Shown here piece after piece: positions 38,760-46,560 of a stretch of 56,311 nt of DNA; positions within the stretch are counted from its first letter, which is position 1, and each line of letters opens with the position of its first letter. The translations under genes were made by a program, and so were the position numbers. The notes beneath the pieces were generated by a model. That model was given only the letters and a program-made list of their open reading frames with translations. It was not told the DNA's origin and searched no databases. The DNA is from Nanobdellota archaeon (lineage in GTDB: Archaea; Nanobdellota; Nanobdellia; Woesearchaeales; GW2011-AR4): positions 1-56,311 of the forward strand of contig JBBSWR010000219.1 of assembly GCA_038046185.1 (NCBI GenBank). Direction: 5' to 3'.

Positions 38760-40022
38760 TTAGTTCTCCAAAATTTTTAGATCTGGTAAAGGTATAACAA
38801 ATTTGGATTTTAAGCCTCTTTCCTTTAATTGCTTAATTATCGATTCAGCATAATGCCATGCTAAAAGAATTACATAGTCAGGTTGCTTACGCAAGAGAGA
38901 TTCATTATTTACAATTGGGATATGTTTTCCAGGTAAGAATTTTCCAAGTTTTAAGGAAGTTGGCTGTTCAGTGATATACGGAATCATCTCTGCATCTACT
39001 CCGTAGTAATTTAGCAGAGTTACACATCTGCCAGGACATGAATTGGCTATAATTGATTTATCATTTTTGTTTAATTCTAATAATAGATTTAGAAAATCTT
39101 TTTTTGCTTTTTTAACACGTTTAGCAAAAGTTCTATAAGTTTCTAGTTTGTATAGACCAGATTCTTCTTCTAAGATAAGTAAAGATGATACATTTTGAGA
39201 AATTGGTCTATTTTTTCCTTTAGTGACATGTAATCGTATGTTACCACCATATCTACTTCCTCTTTCAACGTCAGTTACAGTAAAATTGTAATAGCTGAAA
39301 AGTTTCATGAGTGATTTCAGAGAATATGTTCTAAGATGCTCATGGTATATTGTATCAAACTGTCCACCTTTAATAACATCTAACAGGTAATGACATTCTA
39401 AAACAAACACACCGTCATCGGTTAATAAGTCCCCAATTCCAGTAATTACTTCTCCTATAGAAGCCATATGTGCAAACATATTGGTGGAGATAATTAATGA
39501 AGCACAGCCAAAGTTTTGTTTGATTTCTGAAGCAGTGTTGGTATTGAAAAATTTTTGTATAGTTTCTATTCCATTTTCATTTGCGATTTTTGCAATGTTA
39601 GTTGGTTCGACTCCAAGAACTTTCAAAGCTTTTTGTTTAAATTCCATCAATAATGTTCCATCGTTTGAACCTATATCCACTACCAAATCATTTTTTTTCA
39701 ATTCGTATTTTGATATGAGAGAGTTTCCCATTTCATTTAGATATTCTACTAATTCTTTAGTTACTCCTGTTCTATATGGATAATCTAAGTGAAAAACTGT
39801 GCTTCCATCAACACAATAATCTATTTGTACTAAAGAGCAATCCTCACACCAAATCATTCGTAAAGGATAAGTTATTTCTGGTTCATTGATTGTTTCAGGT
39901 GTAAGAAGTGAATCACATAGAGGTTGATGTCCAAGATCAAGAATTAGGTGAAGATTGTCTGAGTTACATACCTGACATTTGTCAATATGACCAACAGGTA
40001 CTTGATGATGTGCTGGATACAT
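38760..40022 (-). CDS. NDP-hexose C-methyltransferase family protein, paralog 3 of 3
   Basis: CQVCNS...CEDCSLVQI ribbon, VVDIGSNDGTLL SAM motif and FDTIYHEHLRTYS. A 1-nt gap separates it from the downstream oxidoreductase gene. Confidence 0.75.
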   Translation of the reverse strand: MYPAHHQVPVGHIDKCQVCNSDNLHLILDLGHQPLCDSLLTPETINEPEITYPLRMIWCEDCSLVQIDYCVDGSTVFHLDYPYRTGVTKELVEYLNEMGNSLISKYELKKNDLVVDIGSNDGTLLMEFKQKALKVLGVEPTNIAKIANENGIETIQKFFNTNTASEIKQNFGCASLIISTNMFAHMASIGEVITGIGDLLTDDGVFVLECHYLLDVIKGGQFDTIYHEHLRTYSLKSLMKLFSYYNFTVTDVERGSRYGGNIRLHVTKGKNRPISQNVSSLLILEEESGLYKLETYRTFAKRVKKAKKDFLNLLLELNKNDKSIIANSCPGRCVTLLNYYGVDAEMIPYITEQPTSLKLGKFLPGKHIPIVNNESLLRKQPDYVILLAWHYAESIIKQLKERGLKSKFVIPLPDLKILEN

Positions 40023-40038
40023 TATATTGATGTTTGAT

Positions 40039-40060
40039 TAAATACACATAAGTGTATTTA
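40039..40060. promoter_or_regulatory. Perfect 9-bp inverted repeat (taaatacac ataa gtgtattta) in a divergent intergenic region
   Basis: Read directly. It lies 17 nt from the minus-strand start (40022) and about 100 nt from the plus-strand start (40162). It could be a dimeric regulator site or a hairpin. Confidence 0.3.
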
Positions 40061-40161
40061 TTTTAATTAAAGAGGGAGATTAATATAAAAATAAATATTT
40101 CAAAAACTAATCCTACAGTTAATTAAATAGTTTATTAACTTTATAGATAGCTCTTATCTTT

Positions 40162-41184
40162 ATGGGAAAATTATACCTTTCAATTTTCATAAGTTTTGTA
40201 ATCCTATTTTTTGTTCACATAGCATTTTTTATTTTAAATTTATTTTTCTGGATCACGGATGGCGTAAATGTCTTAATAGAAGGGGGAAATCTTATTGAAA
40301 ATATCTATTACTCAAAATATTTGAAATGGGTGATTTTGGTAGATACAGTTTGGCTAATAATTGCTCTTGGTTTTGCATTCAAAAGAAAATCATATAAAAC
40401 TGATATAGAATTACATTATTTGCAAAATTATGAAAATCAAATTCCAAATGTTTGTGTAATGATTCCCACGTATAATGAAGAAGAAAATATCGAGTCTGTT
40501 GTTAAAGGGTTTTTTTCACAAGATTATGTAAAAAAGGTAATTGTAGTGGACAATAACAGTTCAGATCAAACTGTAGAAATTGCAAAAAAAAATGGCGCAA
40601 CAGTAATAGAAAAAAAAGTCAATAAAGGACACACAGATTCTTGCATTATAGGATTTAGAGAATCATTAAAGACAGATGCTAACATAATTGGGTTTTCAGA
40701 TGCAGATGGAACCTTTTCCCCAAACGATCTCGAAAAAATGATTCCATATTTAAAAAACTGTGACATGGTGGTGGGTACAAGACAAGTGCAAACTCTGACA
40801 GAAAAAGGAAATCAGAATAGCATGTTTTATGTTTGGGGAAATTTGTTTTTAGCAAAATTATTACAAATAAAATATTTTAGTTTAGCACATTTTGGAATAG
40901 TTCAATTAACCGATGTAGGATGTTCTTATAGAGTTATTCGCAGAGAAGCATTGCTTAAAATTATTGAGAAATTAACAAATCCCGAAGATAAGGCTATTTT
41001 AGATCCAAAAAATTGGTTATTTTCATTGTATATGACTATGTTAGCTATTGAAAAAGATTTGAAAATAGTAGAAGTTCCATTAACATTTAGAAAACGTTTT
41101 GGTGTATCAAAATCTGAGGTTACAAAAAAATCTAAAGGAATTAAGTTTGGATTAAAATTTTTATGGTTTATTCTTAAAAGATGA
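40162..41184 (+). CDS. GT2 glycosyltransferase with N-terminal TM helices (polyprenyl-phosphate sugar synthase-like), paralog A
   Basis: CVMIPTYNEEENIESVV, VVDNNSSDQTVEIAKKNGATVIEKK, SDADGT (DxD). Colinear with 45531..46547. Confidence 0.8.
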   Translation: MGKLYLSIFISFVILFFVHIAFFILNLFFWITDGVNVLIEGGNLIENIYYSKYLKWVILVDTVWLIIALGFAFKRKSYKTDIELHYLQNYENQIPNVCVMIPTYNEEENIESVVKGFFSQDYVKKVIVVDNNSSDQTVEIAKKNGATVIEKKVNKGHTDSCIIGFRESLKTDANIIGFSDADGTFSPNDLEKMIPYLKNCDMVVGTRQVQTLTEKGNQNSMFYVWGNLFLAKLLQIKYFSLAHFGIVQLTDVGCSYRVIRREALLKIIEKLTNPEDKAILDPKNWLFSLYMTMLAIEKDLKIVEVPLTFRKRFGVSKSEVTKKSKGIKFGLKFLWFILKR

Positions 41185-41273
41185 TTTTTTATGAAATTTA
41201 GATGAAACTCAAAACTCGGTTATGCTGTATAAAGAATTTAAAAACATAAAAACTAATCAATAAAAGTAAACCT

Positions 41274-42221
41274 ATGGAAAAAATTTTGATTACAGGTGGT
41301 GCAGGGTTTTTAGGCGCAAATTTAATTCATAGATTGCTTAAGTCAAAAAACGAAATAATTACAATTATTAAACCAAATTCAAATGAATGGAGAATTTCAG
41401 AAGTAAAAAATAAAATCAAAGTTTATCACATAGATATACTTAATGAAAGGAAAATTTCTAATACAATTAAAGAGATAAAACCTTCTTTAATATTTCATTG
41501 TGCAACATATGGGGTTAATCCATCTCAAGATAATTTTGGAAAAATCTTTCAAACAAATGTTTTTGGCACAAATAATATTTTTTCAACTATTCAAAAAATT
41601 AATTGTGTAAAGAAAATTATTAATTTTGGAAGTTCTTTTGAATATGCTACTCAAAAACTCCCCGTCAAAGAGACTGATATAATATCACCTAATACAGTTT
41701 ATGGTATTTCAAAAGCTACACAAACAAACTTAGCTCAATATTATGCAGAAAATTTAGGATTGCCCATAGTGACAGCAAGGATTTTTACGCCATATGGAAA
41801 ATATGATTCTAATGGAAGACTTTTTTCAGATTTAATGATTTCAGCAATAAAAGGAAGACAAATTAAATTAGGTTTTCAAGATTCGTTTAGAGATTTTATC
41901 CATATTGATGATGCAATAGATATTTTATTATTAATTGCTAAAGATATGAAGAATAAAACAGGTATTTTTAACATTGGGACCGGAAAAAAATCTTCTGTCA
42001 AACAAATTATGAGATTATGCGAAAAAAAAATGAAAATTAAATATCATGCATCATGGGGAAATGAGACTAATATACGAAAAATAGATAGATTTTCAGAAGT
42101 TGCAATAGCAGATATGCAAAAAACACAACATGTTTTTCACTGGAAACCAAAAATTACTATTGATGAGGGAGTTAAAAAAACGTATTCATGGTATTTGAAA
42201 AATTTTGAATTGTATAAATAA
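41274..42221 (+). CDS. Extended-SDR nucleotide-sugar epimerase/reductase (candidate CDP-4-keto-3,6-dideoxyhexose reductase or epimerase)
   Basis: KILITGGAGFLGANLIHRLL and YGISKATQ (YxxxK); 315 aa. Abuts convergent rfbH with zero intergenic bases. The role is inferred from context only. Confidence 0.7.
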   Translation: MEKILITGGAGFLGANLIHRLLKSKNEIITIIKPNSNEWRISEVKNKIKVYHIDILNERKISNTIKEIKPSLIFHCATYGVNPSQDNFGKIFQTNVFGTNNIFSTIQKINCVKKIINFGSSFEYATQKLPVKETDIISPNTVYGISKATQTNLAQYYAENLGLPIVTARIFTPYGKYDSNGRLFSDLMISAIKGRQIKLGFQDSFRDFIHIDDAIDILLLIAKDMKNKTGIFNIGTGKKSSVKQIMRLCEKKMKIKYHASWGNETNIRKIDRFSEVAIADMQKTQHVFHWKPKITIDEGVKKTYSWYLKNFELYK

Positions 42222-43580
42222 TTATTTTTTATTAAAAAATAAGTCAAAAGTTTGGATAACATAATCCAGCATTTCTTTTGTCAAACCTGGATAAACACCA
42301 ATCCAGAATGAATTGGATGTTATCATCTCTGTGTTTCTAAGCGAACCGTTAATTCGGTATTTGATATTTTTAAAATATGGTTGTTTTGTAATATTTCCTG
42401 CAAACAATGGTCTAGTATCAATTAATTTGGAACTGAGAAATTCAATAAGATCTTTTTTTGTGTAAGATAAATTCTCTTTAATTGTAATAGTAAATCCGAA
42501 CCATGAAGGATCACTGTTTGGTGTGGATTCAGGTAAAATTAAATTATCTTCAAATTGTTTTAATCCTTTTTTAAGATATGAAAAATTATTTTTTCTGGTT
42601 TGAATAAAATGTTCTAAATTATTTAATTGAGCTAATCCTACGGAAGCTTGCATATCAGTTATTTTAAAATTATATCCAAGATGTGAATAAATGAATTTGT
42701 GATCATACCCATATGGCATTTCACCGATTTTCCATTCGAATCTTTTTCCACAAGTATTATTGTGTCCAGGAGCACAAAAACAATCCCTACCCCAGTCTCT
42801 AAACGATTCTAAAATTCTTTTTAATTTTGGATCATCAGTGAAAACTGCTCCTCCTTCACCCATAGTTATATGATGAGCAGGGTAAAAACTCAGAGTTCCC
42901 AGATTACCAAATGTGCCAACAGATTTACCTGCAAAAAGACTACCTAATGCATCACAACAATCTTCAATTAGCCATAAATTATGATCTTTTGCTAATTTAC
43001 TGATTTTTTCTGCATCAAATGGATTACCTAGTGTGTGTGTAAGCATAATTGCCCGAGTTTTATCGGAAATTGCATCCTCCACAAGTTTGTAATTTGGAAC
43101 GTATGTAGGAATATCAACATCGATGAATACAGGCACTAAATTGTTTTGAATGATGGGATTAACAGTTGTAGGGAATCCTGCAGCCAAAGTTATGACCTCA
43201 TCATTAGGTAATAATCTACGTTCGCCCAATTGATCAGAGGTTAAGGCAGATAAAGCCAAAAGATTTGCTGATGAACCAGAATTAACAGTAATAACAAAAT
43301 TAGAATTTAGTTTTTTACCTAGAACTCGTTCAAATTCAGAATTAAATCGTCCTGAAGTTAACCAAAAGTCTAGAGAAGAAGAAACAAGCATTTGTAAGTC
43401 ATTTTCGTCAAAAACTTTTCCAGCAACTGGTACAATAGATTTACCTGGACAAAACGGTTTTCTAGAATGAGTGATGACCGAATATTTTTTAACTAAATTT
43501 AGAATGTCTTCTCGCAATTTTGCTGAATTTTCATTCGCATCTAACAAAGAATTCCTTAGAAAGTCATCTAATTCAATCAA
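42222..43580 (-). CDS. rfbH: CDP-6-deoxy-D-xylo-4-hexulose-3-dehydrase (E1; RfbH/DdhC/AscC-type, PMP- and [2Fe-2S]-dependent)
   Basis: SFYPAHHITMGEGGAV has His where aminotransferases have the PLP Lys. Cys209-X57-Cys267-X1-Cys269-X7-Cys277 (EDCCD...RDCFCAPGHNNTC) matches the E1 iron-sulfur motif as I recall it. Confidence 0.85.
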   Translation of the reverse strand: MIELDDFLRNSLLDANENSAKLREDILNLVKKYSVITHSRKPFCPGKSIVPVAGKVFDENDLQMLVSSSLDFWLTSGRFNSEFERVLGKKLNSNFVITVNSGSSANLLALSALTSDQLGERRLLPNDEVITLAAGFPTTVNPIIQNNLVPVFIDVDIPTYVPNYKLVEDAISDKTRAIMLTHTLGNPFDAEKISKLAKDHNLWLIEDCCDALGSLFAGKSVGTFGNLGTLSFYPAHHITMGEGGAVFTDDPKLKRILESFRDWGRDCFCAPGHNNTCGKRFEWKIGEMPYGYDHKFIYSHLGYNFKITDMQASVGLAQLNNLEHFIQTRKNNFSYLKKGLKQFEDNLILPESTPNSDPSWFGFTITIKENLSYTKKDLIEFLSSKLIDTRPLFAGNITKQPYFKNIKYRINGSLRNTEMITSNSFWIGVYPGLTKEMLDYVIQTFDLFFNKK

Positions 43581-43589
43581 TTTATCTAA

Positions 43590-44354
43590 TTACCAAATTT
43601 TCCAAGCAGCTTGATTTGATGTCCATAGTGATTCTAAATAATTTTTGTCACGAATTGTATCCATAGATTGCCAAAATCCAGTATGTTTGAAGGCTCCCAA
43701 TTGACCATTCTTTGAAAGAGTTTCTAAAGGTGTGCGTTCAAAAACAGTATTATCGTCTTGGATATAATCCATTATAGATGGTTCAAATACAAAAAATCCT
43801 CCATTGATCCAAGAATAATCACCTGATGGTTTTTCTTGAAATCTAGATACGTTGTTTTGTTCAATTTCTAAAATTCCAAATCTGCCGGGAGGTTGAACAG
43901 CTGTTAGAGTTCCAATGAACTTATTTTTTTGGTGAAAATCAATTAATTTTTGTATATTGACATTAGAAACGCCATCTCCATAAGTGAGACAAAAAGTATC
44001 ATCAACATAATTAGAAATGCGTTTAATTCGTCCACCGGTCATGGTATTTTCTCCTGTATCAACCAAGGTTATTTTCCATGGTTCAACATTTGAAGAATGG
44101 ATTTCTAAATTATTTTTTTGAATGTCAATAGTGATATCTGACATATGTAGATTATAGTTTGCAAAAAATTCTTTAATTTGATATCCTTTGTAACCTAAAC
44201 ATATAACAAATTCATTAATGTCATATGCGCTATAAATTTTCATTATATGCCACAATATTGGCATACCACCTATTTCGATCATAGGTTTAGGTTTTAGATA
44301 AGATTCCTCTGAAATGCGTGTTCCAATACCACCAGCCAAAATTACAGCTTTCAT
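43590..44354 (-). CDS. rfbF: Glucose-1-phosphate cytidylyltransferase
   Basis: MKAVILAGGIGTRISEESYLKPKPMIEIGGMPILWHIMKIYSAYDINEFVICLGYKGYQIKEFFANY is near-canonical RfbF. Confidence 0.9.
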   Translation of the reverse strand: MKAVILAGGIGTRISEESYLKPKPMIEIGGMPILWHIMKIYSAYDINEFVICLGYKGYQIKEFFANYNLHMSDITIDIQKNNLEIHSSNVEPWKITLVDTGENTMTGGRIKRISNYVDDTFCLTYGDGVSNVNIQKLIDFHQKNKFIGTLTAVQPPGRFGILEIEQNNVSRFQEKPSGDYSWINGGFFVFEPSIMDYIQDDNTVFERTPLETLSKNGQLGAFKHTGFWQSMDTIRDKNYLESLWTSNQAAWKIW

Positions 44355-44532
44355 AGAAGTTAATTCTTAGAATCCATATTAAAATAGTATGATTTAAAAT
44401 ATTCATAGAAGAGTTAGTGCTGTTTTTATGTGTAATTACCTAATAATTAGAATTTTTGATACTAAATTGTTGTATTCACGTTTGGAAATTGTAATAAGTT
44501 AATTACTGTTTTATTTTGTAGTAAATAAACTT

Positions 44533-45480
44533 ATGAAAAAATCAAATTTGATTAAAAATAATGGATTTAGTATCATAATTATCATCATGATAACATATGT
44601 GGGAATTGTTCTTTATTCCGACATTAATAAAATATCTTCAATTTTTTACAATATAAAATACGAATTTTTAGTAATAATAATTGGATTGCAAATGATTTCA
44701 TTTTCTTTAAGAAGTTATAGACAAAAAAAATTCTTAGAAAGCTCCGGTATAAAATTATCATTTTGGGAAAATTTTAAAATTTGTCTTGCAGGAATGTCGA
44801 TGATAGTAACTCCCGGCGGAGCAGGGATGTTAATTAAATCACATTTTTTAAAAAGAAAATATGGGTTTTCAGTTTCAAGAACAGCTCCAATGATTCTTGC
44901 AGAAAGATATCATGATTTTTTAGCTGTTACGACAATTTTGTTACTTTCATTAATAGTAGTGTTCTCAATACACGTGGTAATTAGTGGAACTGTTGCATTA
45001 ATTTTACTATTTTTAGTATATTTAATAATTAGAAATCATGATTGGTTAGAAAAATTTGAACAAACAATTATTCGAAAAAAAATTTTTCAAAAAATCTTTC
45101 CATCAGATTTAAACATATCAGACTCGGTGAATTCATTAAAAACTCCTAGAATTATTGGATTCGGATGGATAATTAGTACAATTTTATGGATCATTGATGC
45201 TTTTGCAATCTTTTTTGGATTTGTTGCACTCGATGTTGATATTGGAGTTGTTGAGTCAATTCAAATATTTTTTTCATCATTAATTTATGGCATTATTTCA
45301 TTTTTGCCTGCAGGAATAGGTGTAACTGAAGGTATTTTTATTGGGTTATTACTTAAACATGATGTAAAATTGTCAATAGCTACTGCATTAATACTATTTA
45401 TAAGATTAACCACAGTTTGGTTTCTAACTTTTGTAGGATTTGTAACGATGAAGTTTTTTCTTGGAAATGAAAAAACCTGA
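44533..45480 (+). CDS. UPF0104 / LPG-synthase-TM family membrane protein (flippase-like domain)
   Basis: About 8 TM segments with two PGG/PAG-G-x-x-E type motifs (IVTPGGAGMLIKS, LPAGIGVTEGIF), typical of this family. Confidence 0.65.
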   Translation: MKKSNLIKNNGFSIIIIIMITYVGIVLYSDINKISSIFYNIKYEFLVIIIGLQMISFSLRSYRQKKFLESSGIKLSFWENFKICLAGMSMIVTPGGAGMLIKSHFLKRKYGFSVSRTAPMILAERYHDFLAVTTILLLSLIVVFSIHVVISGTVALILLFLVYLIIRNHDWLEKFEQTIIRKKIFQKIFPSDLNISDSVNSLKTPRIIGFGWIISTILWIIDAFAIFFGFVALDVDIGVVESIQIFFSSLIYGIISFLPAGIGVTEGIFIGLLLKHDVKLSIATALILFIRLTTVWFLTFVGFVTMKFFLGNEKT

Positions 45481-45530
45481 AATAGAGATTGAGTTTTAAA
45501 GAGATAGTCAGAATAACAAAAAGAAAACAA

Positions 45531-46547
45531 ATGGGAAAAATTTACCTTACTTTAGCATTATCATTTTTAGTTCTATGTATAGTTAATCTAGTTTTTGTTA
45601 CATTAAGTCTTATTTTTTTGGCTATCAATGGTTTACAAGCACTACTTAATGGAATGAGTTTTGTAGAAAGAATTTACTTTTCTATGTACATTAAATGGAT
45701 TTTATTAGCTGACTTGATTTGGTTATGTTTTGCATTAATGTTTTTACTTAAAAGAAAACGCTATAGGACTGGATCATCAGATTATCTTAATAACAATCCA
45801 ATTATAAATCCAAAAATCACAATTGTAATTCCAGCTTATAATGAAGAAAATAATGTTGCAAATGTAATTAATGATTACAAGTCACAGAAACATGTAGAAA
45901 ATGTCATAGTAGTTGATAATCATAGTAGTGATCAAACGGTATCTATTGCAAAAAAATCTGGTGCGCTTGTTATTGAGAAAAAAGAGAATAAAGGATTTGC
46001 TGATTCATGTTTGCAGGGGTTAAAAAAAGCTCTAGAAACAAATGCCAATGTAATTGTTTTAACAGAATGTGATAGAACCTACGTAGGACATGATATGGAA
46101 AAACTAGTACCTTATCTAGATGAATGTGATATGGTGATAGGAACTAGATTAATTCAAGTGTTAACAGAAAAAAATAACCAAAATGGTATGTTCAATACTT
46201 GGGGTAATTTTTTTCTTGCAAAATTGATTCAATTAAAATATTTTAGTTTGTTACATATGGGAATAGTGTCATTTACTGATGTAGGATGTACTTACAGATG
46301 TATTAGAAGAGATGCATTAGAAAAACTAATCAATAAAATGATTGAAGACTATAACAGGAATATTGATCCTGATGGCTGGGCATTTATACCGTATTTTAAT
46401 ATGATCGGAATTGAAAATGAGCTCAAAATTGTTGAAATCCCGATCACATTCAGAAAAAGACATGGTGAATCAAAATCACAGGCAAATAAAAAGACAAAAG
46501 GAATTTTGTATGGATTAAGGTTTATCTGGTTCATAATCAAAACCTAA
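45531..46547 (+). CDS. GT2 glycosyltransferase with N-terminal TM helices, paralog B
   Basis: The ORF track starts at 45489, but ATG 45531 gives MGKIYLTLALSF, colinear with the paralog A start MGKLYLSIFISF. ITIVIPAYNEENNV, VVDNHSSDQTVSIAKKSGALVIEKK. Confidence 0.8.
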   Translation: MGKIYLTLALSFLVLCIVNLVFVTLSLIFLAINGLQALLNGMSFVERIYFSMYIKWILLADLIWLCFALMFLLKRKRYRTGSSDYLNNNPIINPKITIVIPAYNEENNVANVINDYKSQKHVENVIVVDNHSSDQTVSIAKKSGALVIEKKENKGFADSCLQGLKKALETNANVIVLTECDRTYVGHDMEKLVPYLDECDMVIGTRLIQVLTEKNNQNGMFNTWGNFFLAKLIQLKYFSLLHMGIVSFTDVGCTYRCIRRDALEKLINKMIEDYNRNIDPDGWAFIPYFNMIGIENELKIVEIPITFRKRHGESKSQANKKTKGILYGLRFIWFIIKT

Positions 46548-46560
46548 ATTGAGAATCTGT

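Noticed and set aside
45489-45530. A 14-codon N-terminal extension of the second TM-GT2 (the track start is 45489).
   Set aside because: The paralog at 40162 starts with MGKLYL, and the ATG at 45531 gives the colinear MGKIYL. The extension is probably not translated.
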